Shown one piece after another: positions 53,670 through 63,112 of a DNA stretch of 64,000 nucleotides. Position 1 is the first letter of the stretch. Each line of letters opens with the position of its first letter. The stretch is taken from contig JBEPZU010000001.1 of the NCBI GenBank assembly GCA_041640715.1, positions 10,535-74,534 of the forward strand, in the 5' to 3' direction. The stretch comes from Thermoproteota archaeon. GTDB taxonomy: Archaea; Thermoproteota; Thermoprotei; Gearchaeales; Gearchaeaceae. The translations under genes were made by a program, and so were the position numbers. The notes beneath the pieces were generated by a model. That model was not told where the DNA came from and made no database searches. It saw only the letters and a program-made list of their open reading frames with translations.

Positions 53670-55780
53670 CTTCTTTCTTCTATTCCTATCTTCCAAATCA
53701 ATACAGACTTGTTGGGTGATTGGTATACAAGCGTGAAGTATAGAGGCATGCCTATCTGTATTTTATTCATAATATTGGGATTTATCTCTCTCACCCCTTT
53801 CATGTTGAAGAAAAGTAACTTATATATCAATGCGTCTTTAGCCTTCTCGCCGATTGGTAGTGTTAGGCTGATAGTTTGTAGTCCTATATTTAAGGTAGTT
53901 TGGTTTAAATAATACTTCCTTACCTCTTCGTCGGTGTAATTGAAAGCAATCCTTATCATCCAATAACTTTTCTCCAAATCGCCTCCGACTGGTAATAGAG
54001 TTCCACCAACATCAAGCATTTGCTCGTATACTAGCAAGTAAGACGCTCCTAGTTTCTTGAATATTTGCAATGAAGTATTTTCATCGCTTACCAGGGCTTT
54101 GGCTATGAGATTTATTTGAGTATAATTGAAGTTGGCATTATCAGCTACCGAAGGTCTTCCTGTATTAACCGTTATCCAATAGCCGTAGTCCCACCAGGAA
54201 GCTATCACTGCATCTTCAGGTAAATTATTTTTTATCCATTCAAAAGTAGCTATCCAGTCGTACGTAAGACTACCTGTTTCGGTAGATAATATACTTTGGG
54301 GTAAAGAACCAACTCTAATTGGATTCGTTTGTGCGGAGGTGGCTGTGAATAGAGTTAAGAGGACCAAAATTAGCAGGAATATTGCGCTATAGCTCGTAGG
54401 TATACCTTTAAATAACTTCACTCTTCTTCTCTCAAGATATTCCTTTTTTGTTCTGAACGTATTCGCGTAGGTAGTTATCAATGATGCAAGGGCAAAGCAA
54501 CCAACTAGTATGATTGGTTGGGCTGAAAGCATAAAAAGTCTATTTACACTAGATGTTGCATGTAGTGATGTTAAAACTGCTAAACTCATAAATATATCTG
54601 TATTGCTAGCTCTTTTTACTAATAAATAAGCTCCTAAAGGTAGTAGTATAATCATCAAATTGAGGTTTAAGAAGTACTGTGCCCAAGTTGCAGCGAAATG
54701 CTCGCCTACTGACTCGAACCACGGATTATTTGACTTACCGAAGGGGTTTATGACTATAGAGAGTTTACCTGGTAATGAGGCTAAATAACCAAATCTTACT
54801 AGAACAAAGATCCCTGCAAGTATAATACCCAATGCTCCTGCAAAATATAGGGGTAACCTAGCAGTGTTTATATTTTTAATGTATTTGAATAAGTATAATT
54901 CTGAGAAAGTAAAAATATAACCGGCATAGGGTAATATCATTGAAACGCTAACTAGAGTAGGCGTAGCTCTAGGTATGAGTCCTACCATGATCAGCGCAAT
55001 AGTCATGCTTATCAGGTAAGTCTTAAGTATATTCAAGTTACTCCTTCTAATCAATATCAAAGTTATCGTAGTAAGAGCTAGGAGATTTAACAAATAAATA
55101 TAAGCACCCCATGTCATCACTAGAAGCGCAAGGGAAATTCCATTTACGAAAGGCCAAATTTTAGTTTTTCCATTGATAGACTTTATGTATGAAAGAATGA
55201 ATAAAGCGATATAGATTTGCGATATGCCATCGTCATCGTAGAAGCCATAGCTTGTCCTTGTTATCGTAGCGGCGGAAATTGCAAAGAAGAATGAGGCTAA
55301 TAATCCAGTTAATTTGTTATAGATTTCTTTACCTATGAAATATAATATCACCGAAGTTATAGCTGCTGAAAAACTTGGTATTAAACCTACTACATACATC
55401 AAAGGTAAGTTTAAGCCTATCAGCTGGAGTATTAAATAAATAAGAGCCCCGAGAAAAGGTACCCCTGGATAGGCCGTAGCGGGTATATTTCTGCCTGATG
55501 GGTACCACATACTGTAATCTTTACTTTGGCTAAACCACTCTATGAAGCCGTACCATCCTCTTTCCACTATCCAATTGGTTTGATAGTATTGGAACCATGG
55601 ATCGAATTCGTTGAGGAAGATTCCATATTTTAAAGGCATCAACCTTATAGCTAATGCTATAATAAAGTTGAAGCTTAGGATCAAAACTATTAGAGAAGTT
55701 TCAACAGGAGGCTTAGGTATCTTTTCAAAGTATTTTCTTAATGGTTTAAACAAATTTTTTAATGCCTTTTTTACAGTCAT
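53666..55780 (-). CDS. aglB: oligosaccharyltransferase AglB (STT3 homolog)
   Basis: 704 aa; multi-TM N-terminus; WWDYGYWI catalytic motif. Confidence 0.9.
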   Translation of the reverse strand: MTVKKALKNLFKPLRKYFEKIPKPPVETSLIVLILSFNFIIALAIRLMPLKYGIFLNEFDPWFQYYQTNWIVERGWYGFIEWFSQSKDYSMWYPSGRNIPATAYPGVPFLGALIYLILQLIGLNLPLMYVVGLIPSFSAAITSVILYFIGKEIYNKLTGLLASFFFAISAATITRTSYGFYDDDGISQIYIALFILSYIKSINGKTKIWPFVNGISLALLVMTWGAYIYLLNLLALTTITLILIRRSNLNILKTYLISMTIALIMVGLIPRATPTLVSVSMILPYAGYIFTFSELYLFKYIKNINTARLPLYFAGALGIILAGIFVLVRFGYLASLPGKLSIVINPFGKSNNPWFESVGEHFAATWAQYFLNLNLMIILLPLGAYLLVKRASNTDIFMSLAVLTSLHATSSVNRLFMLSAQPIILVGCFALASLITTYANTFRTKKEYLERRRVKLFKGIPTSYSAIFLLILVLLTLFTATSAQTNPIRVGSLPQSILSTETGSLTYDWIATFEWIKNNLPEDAVIASWWDYGYWITVNTGRPSVADNANFNYTQINLIAKALVSDENTSLQIFKKLGASYLLVYEQMLDVGGTLLPVGGDLEKSYWMIRIAFNYTDEEVRKYYLNQTTLNIGLQTISLTLPIGEKAKDALIYKLLFFNMKGVREINPNIMNKIQIGMPLYFTLVYQSPNKSVLIWKIGIEERR

Positions 55781-55819
55781 TGACGGATGATTTAAATAAA
55801 GTTCTACTATTTAAGTATT

Positions 55820-56203
55820 ATGAGTGAAAGATATCCTAGGGACAGGAAGTATACAAAGGATCATGAATGGGCAAAAGAAGAAAAAGGGCTTGTTTATGTA
55901 GGTATAACATGGTATGCTCAATCTAAGCTTAAAGATATAGTCTATATAGAATTGCCTAAAATGGGCAAAAAGACAAATAAAGGAGAGGTTTTAGCGGTTG
56001 TTGAATCTGTTAAGACAGCATCTGATGTTTATTCGCCTATTAGCGGTGAAATTGTTGGGGTCAATGAGAAATTGGAAAGAAATCCTGAATTAATAAATAA
56101 GGATCCTTATGGTGAGGGATGGATAGCTACGATTAGACCTAGCAACATTAATGAACTTGATGAATTACTTACTGCTGAAGAATATGAGAAACTAGTTTCT
56201 TGA
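55820..56203 (+). CDS. gcvH: glycine cleavage system protein H (lipoyl carrier)
   Basis: 127 aa; lipoyl-lysine motif VESVKTASDVYSP. Confidence 0.88.
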   Translation: MSERYPRDRKYTKDHEWAKEEKGLVYVGITWYAQSKLKDIVYIELPKMGKKTNKGEVLAVVESVKTASDVYSPISGEIVGVNEKLERNPELINKDPYGEGWIATIRPSNINELDELLTAEEYEKLVS

Positions 56204-56698
56204 TCTTTTTTTCATAAAAATATAAGGCAGAGTATATCCTTTGTTTTTCATAACTTTATACCAAGTATCGTATGCTATATCTAGATATTTTTTCATTTCA
56301 GCAGGTGTCTTAGCTTGTTGGCTCATATAAAGGCTATATTCTATTATAGCCTTAGCGTGTTCTAGGTCATCAAAATTTTCAATATTTAAACTTTTTTTGT
56401 TTACAATCTCCTCAGCTTTTTTTATATCGAAAGCATAAAGCGTTTTCCTCCTGAAACTTGAAAAAATGATCCAGATAGTGCTGACTATTAGGGTAAGAAA
56501 AGATAAGTTTTCTAGCAACTTAAAATTTAGGAGTTGCGAAATAATATAAACAATTCCTCCTATCGATAACCCTATAATGCCTATAATGGGATTAGGTTTA
56601 TTTGTCAAAGTGAAGAGATCTATGAATGCTATATCATAGATCAAGGAAAGCAAAAAAAGCCTTCTTAGCTGAGGAAACCATTTCAGTTTGTCATTCAT
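56192..56698 (-). CDS. hypothetical membrane protein
   Basis: 168 aa; two or three N-terminal TM helices plus a soluble C-terminal domain. Confidence 0.4.
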   Translation of the reverse strand: MNDKLKWFPQLRRLFLLSLIYDIAFIDLFTLTNKPNPIIGIIGLSIGGIVYIISQLLNFKLLENLSFLTLIVSTIWIIFSSFRRKTLYAFDIKKAEEIVNKKSLNIENFDDLEHAKAIIEYSLYMSQQAKTPAEMKKYLDIAYDTWYKVMKNKGYTLPYIFMKKRSRN

Positions 56699-56749
56699 CG
56701 AAAAAATAAATTAGTAAAGGTTATAATTAAGAATTAGTGAAAGTGTAGC

Positions 56750-57124
56750 ATGGCTAAATTAGAAAGCATTAAGAAGTTCATGAATTTATTGTCCTATAGT
56801 GTACTACCTTATCTTTTGCCTTTAATTATAATCGCATATTTGTCCGGTTTTGTGTTCATAGCCACTCAAAACGCTCTACCTTATTTATCTGGGCAACAAG
56901 GTATAATTATAATATATCCTTCTTCATCGCAACAAACTGTACTTGAAACGACACTTGTTTATATTACTCTTTTCTTCCTGTTCATTAGTCTTCTAGCTTT
57001 GCATATAATAGGAAATAAAAAATACCATTCTAGACCGCCCACGCTTCTATTGGCCTTTTCTTTATTTTTATTGATAATCCTGTTCTTCATACTATTGATT
57101 ATGTTGGTGCAAAAGTTTAGCTAA
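56750..57124 (+). CDS. hypothetical membrane protein
   Basis: 124 aa; three predicted TM helices. Confidence 0.4.
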   Translation: MAKLESIKKFMNLLSYSVLPYLLPLIIIAYLSGFVFIATQNALPYLSGQQGIIIIYPSSSQQTVLETTLVYITLFFLFISLLALHIIGNKKYHSRPPTLLLAFSLFLLIILFFILLIMLVQKFS

Positions 57125-57660
57125 AGTGGTTTTTTCTTAATTCCCATTCTATAAGCTGCGAGATTGGTCATAATATGTATTAAGAAAGTCATTATGAAAA
57201 GATAAACTACCAGATCATAGGGTACTGCGCCGAAAAATATAGATCGCATTAAAATTGCAAATACCAAAAATCCCGTTTGATCAAATATAGGAAGTGTATC
57301 ACCTCTTTCGATTCCCAATCTTCTCTTCAAAAAAGAACCTACTAAATCGCCTGTTATTGCTCCAATTATAATGGTCAATCCTTCGAATTCGTTTATATAC
57401 AGATTTAAAATATTCAACCTCTTATCTATATAGAAGAAAGCTAAGAAATACGTCAGTCCTACAAAGAAACCGAATGTTGTGCCTTCTATAGTCTTTCCAT
57501 CTCCGAAAATTCTTCTCCCATCTTTTAGAGTGAATCCAAAATCTAGAGGTTTTTTATTTTTAAGTATGCTGCCTAAGAAAAGAGGGGCTGAATTTGCTGC
57601 ATATGCAGGAGATATATAGAATAAAGGCCAAAGATATATGAGTATGAAGTCTAATTCCAC
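57121..57660 (-). CDS. carS: CDP-archaeol synthase (DUF46 family)
   Basis: 179 aa multi-TM; conserved FGDGKTIEG region. Confidence 0.7.
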   Translation of the reverse strand: MELDFILIYLWPLFYISPAYAANSAPLFLGSILKNKKPLDFGFTLKDGRRIFGDGKTIEGTTFGFFVGLTYFLAFFYIDKRLNILNLYINEFEGLTIIIGAITGDLVGSFLKRRLGIERGDTLPIFDQTGFLVFAILMRSIFFGAVPYDLVVYLFIMTFLIHIMTNLAAYRMGIKKKPL

Positions 57661-58211
57661 GGCTTCAGACTCTTTATATTTAGGATAGTTGTTTTTATTT
57701 TTTTCTCATCTTTAAAACTAATTTTGAGATTCTCATCCTCTTTATTTGTTTCTAGAATGTAATCGCACCAATAAATGAAGACCTTGTTGAGTATTTCGTC
57801 ATCTTTATTTGTTATAAAGATATTTGTATGTTCCTTTTTTTGTGTAAGTAATGAAAGATAGCATAAAAGACTATTAAAATTGATATAATATTCAATTATA
57901 TTTGTTATTTCTAAATTTAAAATTGATAGATCATCAAAAATGAACACCGAATTGTCATGATCTATATTATTTTTTTTAAATATTATTTCTATTAAATCAT
58001 TGAGTTTATAAAATTCTTTAAATGATATATTAATTTTTTGATCAACATTGTCTATATAATTAATTAGATTATATATGTTTGAGAAAAAATAAATTATTTT
58101 AGTTCTATTTAGCTTAGAGGCAAAATAAAAAGCGAGTAGTGTTTTACCGCTTTTCCTTTCACCGGTTATCAGTAAATTTCTTTTACTTATCTTGAGTAGA
58201 TCAGTTAGCAT
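57651..58211 (-). CDS. small P-loop NTPase (RecA/KaiC-superfamily-like), function unknown
   Basis: 186 aa; Walker A ITGERKSGKT, Walker B-like VFIFDDLS; markedly A/T-richer than its neighbours; overlaps the carS start. Confidence 0.5.
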   Translation of the reverse strand: MLTDLLKISKRNLLITGERKSGKTLLAFYFASKLNRTKIIYFFSNIYNLINYIDNVDQKINISFKEFYKLNDLIEIIFKKNNIDHDNSVFIFDDLSILNLEITNIIEYYINFNSLLCYLSLLTQKKEHTNIFITNKDDEILNKVFIYWCDYILETNKEDENLKISFKDEKKIKTTILNIKSLKPWN

Positions 58212-58213
58212 AA

Positions 58214-58288
58214 CGCCCTGGGAGGGATTCGAACCCTCGACCTGCGGCTTAGGAGGCCGTCGCTCTATCCTAGCTGAGCTACCAGGGC
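58214..58288 (-). tRNA. tRNA-Arg (anticodon CCU)
   Basis: Reverse complement GCCCTGGTAGCTCAGCTAGGATAGAGCGACGGCCTCCTAAGCCGCAGGTCGAGGGTTCGAATCCCTCCCAGGGCG; anticodon loop CTCCTAA. Confidence 0.82.
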
Positions 58289-58392
58289 AACTACTTTAAT
58301 TTTATCTTTTTTTATACTTAACTCTTAATGAACAGTCATTGATTAACCGTTACTAGTAAGGATGCTTTATATATAAGTTTAAAATTACAACT

Positions 58393-59223
58393 GTGAGAGC
58401 CATCTCCACAGCCTTAGGCTCTTTCTTTTTAGCTTCTTTGATCGTGACTTCTACGGCTTTTTATTTATATTTAAACGAACAGACTTTGAAAGTTCTTTCT
58501 TTATATTTAGAAACCATAAGCTCATACGAAAAAAACGATGATGGAAGCGTTCTTTTTTCTTTAGCCTCGTTTGACAAGTATTACGTTAATTTTGTCAAGC
58601 CTTTGAATTATTCATGTTCATATGGTAGGATACCTGATTTAATTTTAAGAAAAGATCATATCACTTTTTGTTCCGATAAAGGCATAATTACTCTTTTATT
58701 TTCTTTTAAGAATGTTTCTTACCATGAAGGCAAATACAAACTTGAAATGGATTATCGTTTGTTTAGTGATGAGGAAACAAATAGCATCAACATAAGCGCT
58801 GTGGTGAAAGAAAAGAAAATCAAATTGGTTGAATTAGAAGTCAAATCTTCAAGTTTTTCTACTCTATCAATTTCTTTAGATAAAATAACCGAATATTTGA
58901 GAGATTCAAATGAAATAGATATCCTTTTAACTATATCTTCAAACAAGACCAATTTTATCAAATTCGATTTAGTAAGTTTATACATTAAGATTCTAAACGA
59001 AAAACCACATTTCTTAATCCTCTATCTTTATAACTTAAGTACAGAGAATATCTTGCTGAATTTTGTACTAGTATTTAATTCGACGGATGTTGAGATCTTT
59101 GATATGCGAGTAAATTTGTTTCCTCTTACATTATATAGTCTTAAAATCAAAACTTTTATTTCGAATCCTTTAATTAAAATAATTACTGAAAAAGGCAGTC
59201 AGCTCATTAGAGTAAGCAATTAA
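58393..59223 (+). CDS. hypothetical exported protein with class-III-like (type IV pilin-like) signal peptide
   Basis: 276 aa; N-terminus MRAISTALGSFFLASLIVTSTAFYLYL (basic residue, small residue, then about 20 hydrophobic residues); AT-rich; several N-x-S/T sequons. Confidence 0.45.
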   Translation: MRAISTALGSFFLASLIVTSTAFYLYLNEQTLKVLSLYLETISSYEKNDDGSVLFSLASFDKYYVNFVKPLNYSCSYGRIPDLILRKDHITFCSDKGIITLLFSFKNVSYHEGKYKLEMDYRLFSDEETNSINISAVVKEKKIKLVELEVKSSSFSTLSISLDKITEYLRDSNEIDILLTISSNKTNFIKFDLVSLYIKILNEKPHFLILYLYNLSTENILLNFVLVFNSTDVEIFDMRVNLFPLTLYSLKIKTFISNPLIKIITEKGSQLIRVSN

Positions 59224-59246
59224 TACACCAAACTTTTTCTTCAATT

Positions 59247-60173
59247 ATGGAAGAGATTAAGGACATCGTATTAAAGCCTTCCATGAAGATTTCAGAGTTG
59301 ATAAAAGAGTATGGTAAATCAGGTGCTTTCATGTCTAAATATCTCAGTGATGCATGCGAAGTTTTTAAAGAGATGATATTGTGTGATGACTGCTTTACAT
59401 TTCTTTCTTTAACTGGTAATTTGGTTGCTACAGGGATTAGGGGGGTTATAGCTGAGATGATAAGACAGGGTTTCATCGATGCGGTAATAACTACAGGCGG
59501 CGCTCTAGATCATGATATTGCTAGATCATTTGGAGGCAAATATTACATAGGCGATTTCGATATGGATGATAAAGAATTGCATGAAAGAGACATACATAGA
59601 TTAGGTAACGTCTTGATACCTTTAGATAGTTATGGGCCCTTACTAGAGAAAGTAATACGGAAAAACTTAACTGCCATATTAAGCGGTAAGGATTCAATTT
59701 CTCCTAGAGAATTAGCTAAGGAAATAGGGAAGATAATAAGCGATGAACACTCTATACTGAGACAAGCTTATCTTAACAACGTTCCTGTCTATTGTCCAGG
59801 AATTGTAGATTCCGCTGTAGGCACCATTCTGTTTTTTTTATCCCAAACTAACAAATTTCAATTGGATCTTTTTAAAGACATGAAAGAATTGCTAGATATA
59901 GTATATTCGTACGACAAAACCGGTGCTTTGATAATAGGAGGAGGAATAAGTAAACATCATGTATTATGGTGGAATCAATTCAAAGAAGGCCTAGATTATT
60001 GTATTTACATAACTACAGCCATTGAATACGACGGCAGCCTCTCAGGAGCTAGGACGAAGGAGGCAATTTCTTGGAAAAAAATCAAGCCTGAATCTAAACA
60101 AGTCAATTTGTTTTGCGAAGCCAGTATAGTCTTACCTTTATTATTGATGTATGCTTTAGAGGAACTGCAGTAA
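59247..60173 (+). CDS. dys: deoxyhypusine synthase
   Basis: 308 aa; DHS family (TTGGALDHD). Confidence 0.85.
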   Translation: MEEIKDIVLKPSMKISELIKEYGKSGAFMSKYLSDACEVFKEMILCDDCFTFLSLTGNLVATGIRGVIAEMIRQGFIDAVITTGGALDHDIARSFGGKYYIGDFDMDDKELHERDIHRLGNVLIPLDSYGPLLEKVIRKNLTAILSGKDSISPRELAKEIGKIISDEHSILRQAYLNNVPVYCPGIVDSAVGTILFFLSQTNKFQLDLFKDMKELLDIVYSYDKTGALIIGGGISKHHVLWWNQFKEGLDYCIYITTAIEYDGSLSGARTKEAISWKKIKPESKQVNLFCEASIVLPLLLMYALEELQ

Positions 60174-60202
60174 ATTAAATAATTTCATAAAAATAAATTT
60201 TT

Positions 60203-60634
60203 GTGAAAAAAAGGGCTATAAGTGAGCTCCTATCTTCAATGATCAGCACGGCTTTAGTGTTATCCTTAATTCTTTTCTCTTACTTTATTGTTTATGAAAA
60301 TTTTTCTAAGCAATATTTTGATTTCAATAATAAGGTAAATAAATTTAAGGAATTCTCAAAAAAAATTTTAGTAATTGAACATATTCAAATATTAAAAAAT
60401 AATTCTTTAATAGTTTTAATAAGAAACCGTAGCAGTCTAAATATAACATTAGAAAAACTTGAGATCATAAGTGATAAATCAGTAGAAGAAATTAAATTGT
60501 CAATAATCTTAGGCCCTAACGTTCTTCGTTTGTTAAAGCTTAAGCTTATAAGCAATAGTATAGAAGAAATAATTCTTTATTATGCATTTGAAAATTTTCA
60601 AGATAAACTAATATTATACGCTTCTAAGGCGTAA
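60203..60634 (+). CDS. hypothetical small protein with class-III-like (pilin-like) signal peptide
   Basis: 143 aa; N-terminus MKKRAISELLSSMISTALVLSLILFSYFIV shares the RAIS..ISTAL pattern with the 58393 gene; AT-rich. Confidence 0.45.
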   Translation: MKKRAISELLSSMISTALVLSLILFSYFIVYENFSKQYFDFNNKVNKFKEFSKKILVIEHIQILKNNSLIVLIRNRSSLNITLEKLEIISDKSVEEIKLSIILGPNVLRLLKLKLISNSIEEIILYYAFENFQDKLILYASKA

Positions 60635-60695
60635 AAAAGATTGGAATTATATCGTCGAACACAGAATTAAATATTTGAATTGTCTTATTTCAACA

Positions 60696-62060
60696 ATGGG
60701 AAGACTTTTTGGAACAAACGGTGTTAGAGGTGTTTTCGGTGAGCTCATTTCTCCCCCTTTTGTTTATCATCTTGCAGAATCCATAGGGAAATATTTCTCA
60801 GGGAAAGAAATACTAGTGGGCTGTGACACTAGATACACCAAGGAAGTGCTTCTTAGAGCTGTTTTCGCAGGTCTGAGCGCAGCAGGAAGTAAATTTTACT
60901 ACTCAGGAATAGCTCCTACGCCTGCTCATCAATATGCCGTTAAACATTATGGTTTAGATGGTGGCATAGTGGTAACAGCGAGTCATAATCCGCCAGAATA
61001 CAATGGGATAAAAGTACTTGGTGAGAACGGTGATGAGTTACCTCATAAGGAAGAGGATAAAATAGAAGAAATATTTTTTGAAGAGAAATCATCCAATGCT
61101 GGGAATCCTACGAAATGTCTGGGCGAACTAGATAGCATTAATCCTTATGTTACTGCCATAAAAGAGAAGGTGGATTTCGAATTGATTTCTAAGAATAGAT
61201 TTAAGATAATCGTGGATCCTGCATGCGGTGCTGCTTCTCTTTGTGTAGCTAAATTAGCCAAAGCTCTTGGAGTAAAGGCTTTTCTAATAAATTCTCAGCC
61301 AGACGGTTATTTTCCCTCAAGAGAACCTGAGCCTTTGATGGAAAATTTGAAGGAATTGTCAGAATTTTCTAGATCCTTAAATCCCGACCTCGCCATAGCT
61401 TTTGATGGAGATGCAGATAGAGCAATATTCTTAGACGAAAAAGGTAGAATAATCTGGGGTGATAGAAGCGGTGCAATTCTATCTAGATACGTGATAAGAA
61501 AACACGGAAAGGGGTATCTTGTTGTAGGTGTTAGTGCTTCTTCTCTAGTTGAAAAAGTAGTAAAAGAAGAGGGAGGGGAAGTGGTTTGGACTAAAGTCGG
61601 TAGTGTGATTATAACAGAAAAGATAAATGAGTTATTGAAAAAAGGAGTTTTTGCCTTTGGTCTTGAGGAAAATGGTGGTTTCTTCTATACTCCTCATCAG
61701 CCTACAAGAGATGGTTGCATGAGCTTAGCTTTAATGTTAGAATGCCTAGCAAAAACTGGAAAAAAATTAAGCGTACTTAACGATGAACTGCCCAAATTAT
61801 GGATGTTGAAGACTAAAATTGAAGCTAAAGGTGTTGATAGAAACCTAGTCATTGAAAAACTCGCCGAAATATTCTCTGGTTATAAACAAGATAAGATCGA
61901 TGGTGTTAGAGTATGGTTAAATGAGAACGAATGGTTCTTAGCTAGACCTAGTGGAACAGAGCCTTTGATAAGGATATTTGCAGAATCATACTCTCAAGAA
62001 TCTGCAATGGTTATACTAGAAAAAGTCAAAAATATACTTCGAGGTCTTTTGGAAAAATGA
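60696..62060 (+). CDS. glmM: phosphohexomutase (phosphoglucosamine mutase/phosphomannomutase family)
   Basis: Active-site TASHNPPEYNG, N-terminal GTNGVRG; start at the internal Met (ORF track 60675). Confidence 0.85.
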   Translation: MGRLFGTNGVRGVFGELISPPFVYHLAESIGKYFSGKEILVGCDTRYTKEVLLRAVFAGLSAAGSKFYYSGIAPTPAHQYAVKHYGLDGGIVVTASHNPPEYNGIKVLGENGDELPHKEEDKIEEIFFEEKSSNAGNPTKCLGELDSINPYVTAIKEKVDFELISKNRFKIIVDPACGAASLCVAKLAKALGVKAFLINSQPDGYFPSREPEPLMENLKELSEFSRSLNPDLAIAFDGDADRAIFLDEKGRIIWGDRSGAILSRYVIRKHGKGYLVVGVSASSLVEKVVKEEGGEVVWTKVGSVIITEKINELLKKGVFAFGLEENGGFFYTPHQPTRDGCMSLALMLECLAKTGKKLSVLNDELPKLWMLKTKIEAKGVDRNLVIEKLAEIFSGYKQDKIDGVRVWLNENEWFLARPSGTEPLIRIFAESYSQESAMVILEKVKNILRGLLEK

Positions 62061-63112
62061 AATGGATAATTTCGATGCCTAGAGTTGATCCTGCTATGGA
62101 AAAAGGAGTGATAGTAAAAATAATGAAGAAAAAAGGCGAGAGGGTTTCTAAAGATGAACTTATCTTGAAAGTAATGACCGAGAAAGCTACGTTTGAGGTT
62201 CATTCTCCCTACACAGGTTTTGTTAGCAATATATTTCATGAAGAAGGAGAGGAATTGGTTGTAGGAGAGCCAATATTAGAAATATCTGAAGAAGAAGTCA
62301 AGGAGGATATTAGAGGAGAAGAAATATTGGCAACCCCTGCTGCCAGAAGATTGGCAAGGGAGCATGGAATAGATTTACGCGAAATAAAAGGAACAGGACC
62401 CCAAGGCAGGATAACTCAAGAAGATGTCTTGCTTTACCTAAGTAAAAGAAAAGAAATCACTGAAGAAACGATCCCCCTTTCGCCTATTAGGAAGATAATA
62501 GCTCTAAGAGTCGAAGAAAGCCATAGAACAATACCTCAATTAGCCGTTAATATGGTAGTAAAGGTAGGTAAATTATTAAAGCATAGAAATGAGAATAAAT
62601 TCAGTTTTGATTCCTATTTCATTTACGCTTCTTCTCGAGCATTAAAAAATTTTAATCTGCTTAATTCATATTTTAAAGAAAATAGGATAATAATAAGAAA
62701 GCAAATAAACATAGCCTTTGCCTTGAACATAAACGATGATCTTTATATGCCGGTTATAAAGAACGCTGATGCAAAGAGCTTGATGGAAATAGATAAAGAA
62801 CATGCACTGCTTGTAGAGAAAGCTAAAAAAGGTTCTTTATCTTTAGAAGATCTTCAGGACTCTACTTTTGCAATAACCAATCTTGGGCCTTTTGGTATTC
62901 TAAGCTTTAATCCTCTAATATATCCTTCCAATTCAGCAATTCTAGGAATAGGGACTGTTCATCATATCGTAGAATTCCTTGAGGACTCCTTCATAATAAC
63001 TCCAGCGATAATAATGAGCCTTAGCTTTGACCACAGAATTGTAGATGGAGTTTATGCAGCTAGGTTCCTTAATGAAATTAAAAAAATAATAGAAAATGGA
63101 GATTTCGGATAG
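62057..63112 (+). CDS. 2-oxoacid dehydrogenase E2 component (dihydrolipoamide acyltransferase)
   Basis: 351 aa; lipoyl domain (MTEKAT), E3-binding domain (ATPAARRLAREHGIDL), catalytic DHRIVDG. Confidence 0.85.
   Translation: MKWIISMPRVDPAMEKGVIVKIMKKKGERVSKDELILKVMTEKATFEVHSPYTGFVSNIFHEEGEELVVGEPILEISEEEVKEDIRGEEILATPAARRLAREHGIDLREIKGTGPQGRITQEDVLLYLSKRKEITEETIPLSPIRKIIALRVEESHRTIPQLAVNMVVKVGKLLKHRNENKFSFDSYFIYASSRALKNFNLLNSYFKENRIIIRKQINIAFALNINDDLYMPVIKNADAKSLMEIDKEHALLVEKAKKGSLSLEDLQDSTFAITNLGPFGILSFNPLIYPSNSAILGIGTVHHIVEFLEDSFIITPAIIMSLSFDHRIVDGVYAARFLNEIKKIIENGDFG

Noticed and set aside
53577-53912. 111-aa plus-strand ORF
   Set aside because: Antisense to nop10 and the aglB 3' end, both strongly supported; spurious, as are the many other short antisense ORFs in the track (e.g. 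138..356, 786..971, 5726..5938).
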